A stretch of 63,883 nucleotides of DNA, the filler included, from Choristocarpus tenellus KU-1152 (lineage: Eukaryota > Protista > Phaeophyceae), in NCBI GenBank assembly GCA_964200185.2. It is 11 parts of 11 records of this genome, joined end to end, with 100 filler letters (N's around TTAATTAATTAA, not from the genome) between each part and the next. Parts side by side here need not be neighbours in the genome. Positions count along the whole stretch, not along the records: positions 23,376 to 29,515 come from CAXNAD020008847.1; positions 29,616 to 41,003 come from CAXNAD020002344.1; 9 more parts are not named here. The stretch is one strand, 5' to 3'. The notes beneath the pieces were generated by a model, which worked only from the letters and a program-made list of their open reading frames with translations, searched no databases and had not been told where the DNA came from. The translations under genes and the position numbers were made by a program. Below are positions 25,177 through 37,108 of the stretch, piece by piece; position 1 is the first letter of the stretch, and each line of letters opens with the position of its first letter.

Positions 25177-25703
25177 TTTCGTAAATGTGACTTTTTTGGT
25201 ACATAATGCCATCATACAAAGGTACCAAACTACATGTCTTGAACAAGGTAGGGTTGTTTTTCGTGTCTGCATGTGGTTCCTCCGATGCTACATGCACAAT
25301 CTCTACAACCTTCCTTAACCAACTGTCTAAGGAAATTATGCTGTACATCTACACCTTATGTCCTCTGCCCATTGATTGGGTTTCCTGACAACTTCACTGC
25401 ACCCTCATTTACTTCATACATTATTACTTACATGTGTTTTTCCTCTCCAAATTTGTGAAGTCATTTGTGAAGTCCAGTACCTGTCTCATAAAGAAAACCT
25501 CCTTCTTTGCTATGTCACACTCAGAGCTATATATTCCGCCTCTATCGCTGACAAAGGCTCCATTTTCTGCATCCTGGAAAACCACGATAATGCTACACCT
25601 CCAATGGTTAGTAGTAGCCCCCCAGATACAGACCTCTGCTGGTGAGACATTCAACATTCACAATGATTTGAAAACAGTCTCCACATGTATCCGTTTATTC
25701 ATG

Positions 25704-25775
25704 GCATGGATCGTATAGTGGTTAGTACACCACATTGTGGCTGTGGCAACCCGGGTTCGATTCCCGGTCCGTGCA
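25704..25775 (+). tRNA. trnH-GTG: tRNA-His(GTG), copy 2
   Basis: Fully paired acceptor GCATGGA/TCCGTGC (one G-U pair), same arms as copy 1, followed by TTTT. Confidence 0.95.
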
Positions 25776-26048
25776 TTTTGCAACCTCGACTTTTTTTTTG
25801 GTACATAATGACATCATATAAAGTACCTAACTTCATGTCTTGGACAAGGTAGGGTTGTTTTTCGTGTCTGATCGGTTCAAAAGAAAAGGAATAGTGTGAC
25901 ATTCAACATTCAGAGTGATCTGAAAACAGAATCTACAAGTGTTCAACCTCAAAACAAATCAGGTAAAACAATGCGAATCCGGGCTTCTCATCAGAGCTAC
26001 AAACTGACAAATTTTGTTTACCTTGGAGTCCCTATTATCAGCGACGGT

Positions 26049-26306
26049 GAGCCAAAGTAAACGAGAGGTACCCAGGTTTTGGCCGTTTTGCATTTTAAAG
26101 TCCGTTTTTCAATCTTTTTCAATTAACTCATAATTTCTCCGGATGAAGTTCTAAGTTTGACTTGAGAGCGTTTATTTCACTGTTTGAAAATTTTCTGACA
26201 CAATTTGAAAAATATCCCGATCACATTTGTAAAAAAGTCAAATTTTGCACATATTTGTGGGCATCCATAAAATGCAACTCTGGTCACCTCTCGTATACTT
26301 TGACTT
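26049..26306. mobile_element. MITE family D (AT-rich interior)
   Basis: TIR GAGCCAAAGTAAACGAGAGGT / ACCTCTCGTATACTTTGACT; interior unrelated to families A and B. Confidence 0.75.
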
Positions 26307-26483
26307 GGTAGTGACGGTCATCATATGAGTACTGAGATCAGTCAACAGGCCAAGAAAGCCTTGACCTGTTTCTACAAGTAGTACATTCAAGTAGTGATTT
26401 ATGACTGTATCACTTGAGCTTAATTTAGTTCCAAATGCTCAAGCCTGAAGTACTTGAGGTCCCGCTAATAACTAATGTGTGAT

Positions 26484-26660
26484 GGCTCGAAGTATCTGGG
26501 GGGAGGTGGCGACTGTCCGTTTGGGGTCCATTTTTCCATATCACGATTTTTGTGTGATTTTGTTGCAGCGTTGGATGGATAATGTAGGTGCAGTTCTCCT
26601 GGTCAGGGTCCGAATCGACACCCTGGTGTAGCCCCCTTCCCCCCCCAGATATGTTGAGCC
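26484..26660. mobile_element. MITE family B
   Basis: GGCTCGAAGTATC...GATATGTTGAGCC; TSD TGAT. Confidence 0.92.
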
Positions 26661-26664
26661 TGAT

Positions 26665-27330
26665 ATGGATATAGAAAGTCTGTCAGATTCACAAAGTCAA
26701 CCTTTGTTCTCACCACCACAAAGTCCTCCTGTGCTCCATCGGATTTTATGACCAGGAAATCACTGATCACATGATATCCTACAAAGATGCCCTTGCTATT
26801 CGAAGACTGGGTATGCAGTATCGAGACGTCAATGCAAAAACCAATCAAGGCTCTTTTGTGCAAGGATCGGTTCAACACAGTGCTTGTTTTGAGTTCAACA
26901 ATATACAGACTAGATAAATCAACTACCTCTCCTGTACACCTTCTTTGCGACCAATGTCTATGGTAATGGTTGAGCGGATATGGCTGGGGCGAAGGTCATG
27001 AGGGCCTTGAGCAAAGTTGCTATTCGTACACATGCATGTGCTGCTAAGCTGGAGCGTATTCCCTCCCTGGAGGGCAGTAATTAGTACTGTTCTCTGGACC
27101 TGCTCTCCTCTCCTTGGCCGCCGTATTGACTGTCTGAGCACATGCATAATATAGATTTCTGTGGGGTGCTTGGGGATATGCACCTCGAAAAAGACTTCCA
27201 ATTCCTGGTAAGTAGGGTAGAACTATGGAAGGATCCCTGCTCCTTTGGAGATGCTCCTCTCATCGCGACCATATCATTCTATTGTCGTGACAACTATTTT
27301 GGGTCAAACCAATCGAGAGACAGGTAGGTT
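26665..27330 (-). mobile_element. Copia-like integrase remnant
   Basis: KGIFVGY post-integrase motif and a degenerate G(R)EY motif, heavily frameshifted. Confidence 0.45.
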
Positions 27331-27368
27331 TGAACCCTGTTGCATTTCAAGCAATTTTTCTCGCCCTG

Positions 27369-27625
27369 GAGTCAAATTATCTTAGAGGGTAGAGCCGCGT
27401 CCGTTTGGGGGCCAAAATCCAATGTTGCGATTTTGATATAATTATAGCTATCGTATTTGTTAGGTAGTGTCAATATCCTTGGTCCAGACACATCTTTTCA
27501 TAACATACACATTTTACTACTCTGAAACATTTCGGAGTAGGAAAATGTCGCATAAAACCCGTGGGAAACAAAGCCCCAAACAGACAAACAAGGCAAAACT
27601 CGTACCCTCTAAGATACTTTCACTC
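27369..27625. mobile_element. MITE family A
   Basis: TIR GAGTCAAATTATCTTAGAGGGTA / TACCCTCTAAGATACTTTCACTC; TSD CCTG. Confidence 0.93.
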
Positions 27626-28649
27626 CCTGTGCAATACACTCTATTTCTGTGCTATATGTGTACAATTGTGTACGCAAAATTGATTCCCACCCTTTCCACA
27701 CACAAAGTGACACCGCAATTCAGCAATGACTCTTTCTGCAATTGTACAAGATGGAATAATTTTTCCTTTCTCCAGATCGTTCAAATACAACCCTGCTTAC
27801 CTCTTAATTGGTTTGATTCTAAGCGAATCAAAAGGTACGCCCACCGATATGTGTAGGTAATGATGTGAAGGGTGAATGGGTTGGCAACAAACACGGTGTA
27901 TGTATCACATATCACTATGCCCTTAGACATTTAACGTCTCCTTGAAGTTTGTTCTCTACCGAGTAATGTGTACACTGCTAGGTTTCTAAACTGCCCTGAC
28001 AAAGGTGGGCGAGGACCTAGGGAAGGATCCCAAGAATCTGTAAGCAGGTTCATTTCTTTCCCACTTGCTAGGTGTCTCTAGGTTGTTGGAATGCATGATG
28101 CGTCTCGAGAGACCCATTTGTACAGTGATGGATATTTTCTCTCTCAAATGAGACTTGAGAGCCCCTTTCCGGTAATGATCCATAATATATATATATATAT
28201 ATATATATATCTAAAAGGGAGGGCGGGGTTAGGACAGGTGGTCCATTTTGAGTTTGATGAGATATTGTAATACATCGCAGTTTGATGCCCATTTTGCGGG
28301 TGACTTTCTTTCGGATTTGGTCCAGTCCGGGGGATGGGTAAGGAAGGTGCGTCCAGATTAGATAATTGCCCTTACATGTGACACGTTCACTCAAGTGACA
28401 TGAAAATCACACCAGGGTCACCAACACCAACAATGTACGTTTGAACCCCCCTCTAGGGTCTCTACCCTCCATTATTACCTCTTCCCCCTACGACATGGTT
28501 AACTCATGCAGTGTATGTACTATTAATAGTAGTAGTGTTATTGAAAATAGTAGTAGAAATACACAGATCTGTACAAATAGACGTTAACACAAAACTACTA
28601 CTATCCTAGGAGTAGGAAAAATCAACAGAACAAAAAAATATATTTTTAT

Positions 28650-29440
28650 TATTATGCCCTCTGACATATTACATATGCATCAGGGGGGAAACCAATAAAA
28701 ACTATATACATTGTCAGTATAAGCCCTAAAGAAATAAGATGTCGCAAATGTGAAAGACACTAATCCATATGTTACTTCACTACTATCTATGTTATACTAC
28801 TGCCTTCCTGTGCCTCCAATCTGCCTATACCTGTACCCCGGGGGGAGGAGCTAGGGAGGCATCCCAAGAATCCAATAAACCCCTCTGTATCCATCTCCCT
28901 GGTGATTCCAGCTTAAAACGTGTGACTTTTCTAGGCAGTGCCACTTACTTACGTAGTTACCGAGACAATTTGGCGTAGCCGGGATTTAACTACTCCTTTC
29001 CTGCAATATCCTCCCATTGCTCTCCCCCCTACCATGTGAGTAGCCAGCTTATCCAGGAAACATTCCGCTTGCTTGCCGAGGTGCCCAAAACTTTCCGCCG
29101 CGAAGGTGTTGAGGTTATAACTACGAGGATCAAAAGAGTCCTCGTAGTGGGTGCGCTTTTGCGCCTCGGCTGCAGCAGCAGCTACACAATTGCTGGTGGA
29201 TGAGTGGGTTAGGTGGGGGTTTGCCTGTACCTCTGCAAATGTGACATCTAGCGGAAGGCCTTTGTCCTTGTAGGGGGCTGTTCTGGCGTCCGCCAGTGGC
29301 CCTGAATGGAACACCACATCCATGCGGAGTTTCCTGTCAACTGTGAAAGGACTACCGTCCTCCATAGTGCAAGAGATGCCCATCCCCTTGCATAGTTGGT
29401 GCAGGCGTTTCACCATTGATTGGAGTGTACTGTGGTAACT
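28650..29440 (-). mobile_element. 5'-truncated non-LTR retrotransposon with restriction-like endonuclease (CRE-like)
   Basis: RMDVV...LDVT...AAAAAEAQKRTHY...FAAESFGHLG motifs; 3' UTR ending TGTCAGAGGGCATAATAA. Confidence 0.85.
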
Positions 29441-29449
29441 GTTGTTCCC

Positions 29450-29515
29450 GGGTCAAAGTATTGGGGGGGGGGGTATCGGCGGCCGTCTTTCACCCTTTTT
29501 TCGGTTTTCCCCCTT
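29450..29515. mobile_element. Left TIR of a GGGTCAAAGTAT element (contig edge)
   Basis: Shared terminus followed by a G-run. Confidence 0.65.
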
Positions 29516-29615
29516 NNNNNNNNNNNNNNNNNNNNNNNNNNNNNNNNNNNNNNNNNNNNTTAATTAATTAANNNNNNNNNNNNNNNNNNNNNNNNNNNNN
29601 NNNNNNNNNNNNNNN

Positions 29616-29653
29616 CCTCACAAACCATCCCCCCCCCCAAGATACTTTGATCC
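29616..29653. mobile_element. Family C terminus (contig edge)
   Basis: CCTCACAAACCA-C-run-AGATACTTTGATCC, the reverse complement of 11599-11638. Confidence 0.7.
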
Positions 29654-30399
29654 TGAGGGTACATAGGAAGTATGGAACAGTCCCCATCTACCAAACATAT
29701 TCACATCAATTCAAGTTTTTTTCTTCATTTTTCTTTGGATCTTCTACACTATCAGAATGATCAATTGAGTCTCATATGTTGATTATTCATTTTTCTCTGT
29801 TTGGTTTTACCCCCATATCACTTTAAGCTCACTCTGCCTTAAGCGCACCTCATTCACAACTCGATACCATATACTCATCGTTAAAACATGCACAGAAAGT
29901 CTTCTTCACAAGGTGCCCAAGCCTCTACTCAGAGCATGTATCTCTTCCTTTGAGTGTCTCAAGGAATACCTACTGCTTTGCCGCAAAGAGTCTCGGATTA
30001 GGAGGTACATGTCATTAGGTTAATCAGAACAAATTCAGAGGTGCTTCACTGCACCATGATAACCTTTCCCTACCAACCTGTCACAGAGCAAAAAGGCACG
30101 ATTTATTCAATCCTAGGTTTCAACACCTGTTTCCATCTCTTTCACACGTATATTTTTCAATATATGATTTGCACCACATTAGTCTGAGGGATCTCAGGGT
30201 GGTGGTCGAAAATGTAGTCTAAAGAAGACAATACACACTACTCGAGAAAAGACAAGGATTAAATTGAAGAAATACAGAGAAATGGAGAAAAAAGAGAAGA
30301 AGAGAATGAACGAGAAAGACACAATCACCCTCTCCCAAAATGAAATAAAATGAACATAAGATGCAAGAGAATAAATCCACAAGAAAATAACATGCACCA

Positions 30400-30830
30400 G
30401 TGATGGTGGTGATGTTGGTGGCATTGGCAACCTTAGCTGCTTCTTTGGTTTGACATACATTGCCCATCACAGGATTCTTGCAATGTCATGCGATCATGAA
30501 CCTTTCAGTATCGTTAGCCACACACTCGAACCGCTCCTCCAGTTGGTTAGTGACCCTTGTGCTCAAACCCTCACGTCCAATCCCAAAATTGTCAAGGTTG
30601 TCTTGGAGGCATGTCCGCCACCACAACTTTTGCCATTGTCCACCTTCCGTTTCCCATCGCAATTATACTCGGTTCAGAATATATTGTGTTTAGACGCTCC
30701 ATCAATTACTGTATGTAAACCCCACATACTGAAGTGTGGGAGAGGTAAACGTTCGTTTTTTTGGTCACTTAGTAGTAGTAAGACCCAGTGCTTACTGAGG
30801 TGTGAAGGTGGTGTTGGTGCTTGAAGACAC
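30400..30830 (-). mobile_element. RTE LINE 3' remnant
   Basis: GGQWQKLWWRTCLQDNLDNFGI...ERFMIA*H resembles the RTE ORF C-terminus. Confidence 0.6.
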
Positions 30831-31356
30831 CTTGTGCTATTTGTTTTGTGCCTCCAAATTCTCCCATAGTTATCGGGGAGCTTTGTGCCTGGAATGATGC
30901 CGCTCCCAATAGAGACAAGCTGGAATATATTTTGTAAATAGCAGTCAGCGTGATTTTGTGTGGGGTGGCTGTTTGTTTGTGGAAAGAGAGAAACCCAAAG
31001 GCGAAGAATAACTGGTTCAGGTTTTGCTAATTACCTTCTATTGTATGAGTGGGTTTACCCCCTATTTCAATTATGTCGATTGATGCCTTTAGAGTTGTGT
31101 TCTAGAAGTGTGGCTATGCAACAACATTTTCCTGTGTTGCATTTTGTTTTTCATGCAGTTCAATGACCCCCTCCTCTCCACCCCTCCCACCCCCTTGTTT
31201 TGAGTGTTGACTATATTTGTCATCCATGACGTATCACTGTCACCCCTTCAGGACATTGCCTGGGTCACCCATGTGTTTTCCTACAACAATGGGTTTATAG
31301 ATCCTGGATTTACTGATAAATTCAACGTTGGCCTGTTGTTGGAAAGCAACAAAGTA

Positions 31357-31750
31357 CTCCCACTGTCCCATAAGTCTCGGCCATTAAGTTGTACCTCTTC
31401 AGGATGACCTCTAACTGCAAAATGTTTGCGTTGGATTCCTTGGAATATTTCACAGTAAAAAACTATTTCTTGCCTTTTTTGACACCGTCTACCCACCAAT
31501 CCAGGGCCGCCACGGAGACCACTGGGTCTACTTCGACTGATCTAGCCACCCCACCCTCCAGCTACCTTTTTTTTATCTCGGTGTGTTCTACCTCGAAATC
31601 ACTCCCCCCCAGTGCCCTTAACACCTGATTGTACCTCTTCAATAGACTCTGCCACACCCTCGCGAGTGTGTCTGCGTCATACGCATGGAACATGCTTGAA
31701 ACCCCCTCTACAAGTTCATCAACGGCGCTAGAGAATTGTTGAGTCATTTG
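31357..31750 (-). mobile_element. Mariner 3' end: transposase C-terminus plus TIR
   Basis: VDELVEGVSSMF...LARVWQSL...VLRALGGSDFEVEH; TA-CTCCCACTGTCCCATAAGTC TIR, same family as 14890-15902. Confidence 0.82.
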
Positions 31751-32257
31751 GTATTCCGATTCATTTACTGTAAGGCTTGGTGAGCCACATCTAGTGATGG
31801 TGTCTCACTCTCTTCTCAACTGTGATACAAGCAAAATAAACAATAATATGACTGGTTGTGTGGGACAACAGATCGCCAAACACTGCTTAACATGCTATAG
31901 CATTCTTATATAAGCGTGCTTGCGTAGTTAATATACTTGGATTTTAGCTATCACCAGGAAAGAGTCAAGACACATAAATAAGATGATGACCAGATCGAGA
32001 TTTGATTTCAGTCTGAACTCAGTTGATGACAGAGTTGAAGAACCGTTAATGCCCGTTGGGGGCGTGAGATTCAAGGTGGGACATCAGCCACGTAAGGGGG
32101 CGAGGTTGAGGTTGGGGCTAGAGATACGGTGGCCATGGGGGCTAGATCCGTATTTTTACCTAGGTTAAAACAATACTCCTAGAAACAACCTACGTTCAAA
32201 GGGGAACCAGGAACGTGGAGGAAGTGGAGCAAAACGTTTCTTACACAGGGTCTCTCA

Positions 32258-32967
32258 TTGGGATGGAGGCAGCCACTGGTAACCAAGGAGCATCTGAGGG
32301 TACTGTTATTGGAGTATTCCTCCGCAGGTGTGGACCTGTATCTTCACCATGCGACGACGTACGCTATTAATGGAGTACAGGAGGCGACAGCTGGACCTAC
32401 ATTGGACATCTTGCTGGCGTACGAATCTCCGAGCGAACCATTTGCCACACGTGTCAAGAGCTATGCTCATTCTGGACAAACGGAGAGAAATATAGTGAAG
32501 CGGCAATTGATAAACATGGTGTTGTTGGAACCTAGGGGAGATCCTGCTGATATCATAAACCGGCGGGAGATTCTTATATTGGAGTTGAAGAGCCTAGGAG
32601 GTTTGGTGACAGAGGAAGATCGAGTGGACTATCTTCAAAATTCACTTGGGGATGAGTACCTTGACATCTTATGTCAAGTAGATGATGAGGAGTCGGAAGA
32701 GGGGCGGTTGAAATTGGAAAGATTAATCCTCAAGAAATACCGACTGTGGACCGTGCAACAAGGCATAGAATCGGCAGGGGTGAGACCTGGCACTCTGGTG
32801 GCAGGAAGGCGATCAAGACGCACTGGTGGGTAACCCGATTGTTGGGAATGTGGCGAACCGCACATCAGATCCAATTTCCCACAAATCAAGAAGCAGAATG
32901 CAAGTGAAGGGGGTGTTACTTGCTTTGTATGTGGGGAATTAGGTCACCAAAATTTTGAATGTTCATA
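32258..32967 (+). mobile_element. Copia-type gag remnant with zinc knuckles
   Basis: LKSLGGLVTEEDRVDYLQNSLGDEY gag core; after a stop, CWECGEPH and CFVCGELGHQNFEC. Confidence 0.75.
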
Positions 32968-33029
32968 AAAAAGCTTCCTCCTTCAAGGGGTCTGGAACCT
33001 CACAACATCTTAAAGAAGAAGAATCGGGT

Positions 33030-34870
33030 ACACCAGCTATGCTACACCACTCCCCTCCTACGCCTCCAACCTAGCTTAGCCCTACACCACAGGGCGACGA
33101 GTAAGGGAATCATCTCAAGAATCTGACAGGCTCCTCATTGCTCATCTCCCTGGTGCTCCAGCATTAAACGCATGACATGTCTTGATAGAGCCACTTGTAT
33201 TGTTGTGACAGACACTATCGGTTGTAAACGGAGTTGACAGCTCCTTTCCTGTTGTAGCCTCCCGCCCCTCTCCCCCCTACCGTATGCGTAGCCAACTCAT
33301 CCAGAAAACCTTCTGCTTGCTTACCAAGGCGCCCAAACCTTTTCACCGCTAAGGTGCTGAGGTTAATAACTTTGAGGGTCAAAAGAACCCTCGTAGTGGG
33401 CGCGCCTTCGCACCTCAGCTGCAGCAGCAGCTAAACCATTGCTGGTGGATGAGTGGGGTAGATTGGAGGCTGCTTCGCTTCTACAAACTTTGCATCTAGG
33501 AGGAGACCTTTGTCCCGGTAGGGAGCTGATCTGGTGTCCGCAAGTTCCCCAGCATGGAAAACCACATCCCATAATGAAATTCCTGTCCACTGCGAATGGT
33601 CTACCTCCTTTATAGTGCATGGAATGACCATTCCTTGGCAGAGTTGACCTAGATGCTTCACCAATTGGTTTGTGTTGGCAGACCCGTCCCACTGCCCAAG
33701 GGCAGTTATGACCATGTCTAGTGTCCTCATTATGCCTCCTGCACCCAGACACTGGGAACCTGTTGGATAGGGCCTCCTCCCTACCTAGGGATCTGCTGGC
33801 AGTATACCTAAACTCTATGGAAGGGGTCGGGTGTGCTGGTTCCAGGGGTTGTGTGGAGACCCATGCATTCCCCCCTTGTCCACACTGGCTCCGGAGGCGG
33901 GCCAGGGCTAGCAAAGAACTTTCCCTCCCTTGTCCTGCATAGTCTGGTAGGTTGGCCAATTGTGTCCGGAAAGAGTTGAACCGGATCCTGTTCAGGAGCC
34001 AGGTAATCTTGTGTCATGCCCTCCTTGTGATCCTGGCATCATGGGCTGCCAGAGTGTGGACCTCTGGGGCAGGTGTAGGGGTTGTTGTTTCCCCCCAGGC
34101 TACCCAGCCTTGGCCAATAATTCCTGCCAAGTCTTCTGAAGGGACTCCTGTCGAGAGGAGGGGGTGGATGGATGATTGCAGGGCCCTATCTGTGGGGCTC
34201 ATACAGATGGCTTGTGAGAAAGGCACTTGATGAGACCCTTGTTGCCTTGCTAGGAGGGTAGCAGGGTGGCCACCAGTGATCCAACAAAGGTTGCATGCCG
34301 GAGATGCTTCATAGGGGATAGGCCCACCCCCCCCCAACTTGTGGTTATCTGTGCCTGTACTTGTTGGTACATTTCCAGGCGAAGACACATATTTTCACAC
34401 CCCTCTTCAAAGAAGTCAGTTGCTCCCGCTGAGTCTGCTGCCTCCATTATCATCTCCAGCACCCACATTGAGGTGTTGTCTGCTTGTTCTATGGTGGAGT
34501 GTGCCAGGTGGAGGGGAGTGACCCTTACCAATTAGCCAAGGCGGGAAGAGAGGGATCAGGAGTTCACGAGCCAGGCAACTTGTTTGTCCTCCATCTCAAT
34601 CAGCTCCATGGCCAGTATTCGTGACCCTGAGCTCTCGATCACCTCATCCATGTGGGCTTGAATGAATTCATATGTTCTCACAGTGTAACAAAAGCAATTG
34701 GGTCCGAGACCAGGTTGATTCATGCTGTGATCAGACGTTCTAGTTCTAAGGGCGCAGCTGGTTGCTCTGGGGAGGTACAGCAAAGGTCTTGTCCATGCTG
34801 AGGGCGAGGCCTACCTCATGTAGACTAGTATTCAGCTCCTTAAAAGCACCTATTGTGGTGCAGATAATCT
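33030..34870 (-). mobile_element. CRE-like non-LTR retrotransposon (RT C-terminus, zinc finger, RLE), degenerate
   Basis: VGLALSMDKT, GGVGLS...RHATFVGS, ARLRSQCGQGGNAWVSTQP and AAAAAEVRRRAHY motifs; homologous to 28650-29440. Confidence 0.85.
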
Positions 34871-34953
34871 CCTTTTTAGAAATAGATGTGTCATAAATAT
34901 ATATATATATATAACGGTGATTTTGAATCGTGGTGCGGTATGGGAAGGTATAC

Positions 34954-35850
34954 GAGTCAAAGTATCTCCGAGGGTAGAGCCGCGTCCGTTTGAGGGCCAA
35001 AATCGAATGTTGCGATTTGGATGTTATTCTGGCTATCGTGTTTGTTAGGAAGTGTCAATATCCTTGTTCCAACACACTTTTTCATAGTTTTACACATTTT
35101 ACCTACTCTGAAGCTTTTCTGAGTAGGAAAATGTCATAAAAAAATTCGTGGGAGGAGTGAAAGTGTCTTAGACTGCAAGAGTTGCCCTGTTTTGTCTATT
35201 TGGGGCTTGGCTTCCCTCGGGGTTTTTTACGACATTTTCCTACTCCAAAATATTTCGGAGTACGCAAAATGTATACGATATGAAAACAAGTGTTCGGAAC
35301 AAGGATGTTGACAGCCAAGTTATCTTAGAGGGTAAAGCGGTGTCCATTTAGGGGTCAAAATCCAATGTTGTGATTTTGATGTAATTTTGGCTATCGTGTT
35401 TGTTAGCAAAGTGTCAATATCCTTGTTCCAGACACACCTTTTCATAACGTGTACATTTTACCTACTCCAAAACAGTGCGGAGTAGGTAAATTGTCATTAA
35501 AAAAAAACGTGGGAAGCCAAGCACCAAAGGGACAAACAGGGCAAAACTCGTATCCTCTAAGATACTTTCACTCTGACATCCCCCTCCTATCAAAAAAGAT
35601 AGCAAAAATTACATCAAAATTGCAACATTGGATTTGACCCCCAAATGGACACGGCTCTACCCTCTAAGATACTTTGACTCTTGACACTTCCTAACAAACA
35701 CGATGACCAAAATTATATTAAAAAAGCAACATTGGCTATTGATCCCCAAACGGACGCGACTCTACCCTCTAAGATACCTTGGCTCGGACGGCAAGCCCCG
35801 AACGGACAATCAGGCCGGCAAAACTCGTACCCTCTAATATACTTCCACTC
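34954..35850. mobile_element. Nested stack of family A MITEs
   Basis: Outer copy has TSD ATAC; inner inverted copy at 35155-35785; innermost composite at 35312-35680 with TSD TTGA. Confidence 0.88.
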
Positions 35851-35859
35851 ATACCGTGA

Positions 35860-36235
35860 AATATTGCTACGGTATGTATGGTGATGGCAAGTTTGCAAGA
35901 AATCACGGTTTAGTATGGTAACTTCACTATTATTCCCCATGACATTTTGATAACTGAACTTTTACAGGGGTTCTTATAATATTGAATTGACGTTCTAATG
36001 GCTTTTCCCCTGACATATCTGCGAAATGTCAGAGGGCATAAAAATATGGTAGGTTGGAGGCACAGGTGGGGGGTGGTGTAGTATAGCTGGTAGTAAAATA
36101 GCAAATAGATGATAGAAAAGATCTTTCACATTTACGACAACTGTTACTTTTTCAGAGGTCGTTCTGATATTGAACTAGCTTTTCGTCGTTTTTCTCGACG
36201 CATCTCCAAAATGTCAGAGGGCATAATAATATACT
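35860..36235 (+). repeat. Two tandem 3'-UTR tails of the CRE-like element
   Basis: TGTCAGAGGGCATAA occurs twice; GTTGGAGGCACAGG...CTTTCACATTT matches the reverse complement of 28650-28830. Confidence 0.7.
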
Positions 36236-36930
36236 AATATGAATTTTGATATTCCAACGGCATAATATGGTACAGGATTCTACAGGTTTCCGTGGTGGTT
36301 CAGGTTTCTACCGCATATATGTGACCATTCTGTATATATAGAAACTCCCTTGGAGTCGCCTCTCGTAACATGCTCGCAGACTGTCCCACTTGTTGAACAA
36401 ACATCAGACTTAAGGTTGTAATTTTCCACTGTTTCTTCATGAACACCATGTACGATGAAATTGCAAATTTGCTAGGGTCGTAGAGTGAGTGTGTGTTTTG
36501 TGTGTTGATATGGGGTGAGAAGTGAGAAACAGACAGGAGGAACTAGAACGTAAGTGCAGACCATGCTGTAGCTTTGCTTCTTTAGTGTGTAGGTGGTTGA
36601 GCCTGAGCATCATTACTATTCCTCTCAACCTTGATGCCCCGCCATAGAGCCCCTGAGTTGATAAAGTAGACTCATCAGGTGAAAAGGTTGCGTTCTGACT
36701 CACAACTTGTCGCTGCTGTCCCGTGGAAGTGATAGGTAGTGCAACGTGGGGCATCATTGGGTGCAAGATCACCTACCCTGAGTTTTTGAGTTTAACCATT
36801 GGAGGCACGATCTTCTTCCCGTAATTGGAGGTTGAAATTCTGAAGGTTCAACTCTTCCTTCAAGAGAAGGTACTCCTCCAGATCAGGCGCAACCGAGAGT
36901 TTTCAATGCCCCCATTTTGAAGGTGGATAT

Positions 36931-37108
36931 GACCCAAAGTATCTGGGGGGGGAGGGCGGTCTACACCAGGGTGGCCATTTGGGTCAAACCCAGGAAAAGT
37001 GCACTTGCATTATCCATCCGACGTATGCAATCAAATCACCCAAAAATCGCGACATGAAAAATTTGACCCCAAATGGACAGCTGCCACCCCCCCCAGATAA
37101 TTTGAGCC
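36931..37108. mobile_element. MITE family B
   Basis: GACCCAAAGTATC...GATAATTTGAGCC; TSD ATAT. Confidence 0.92.
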
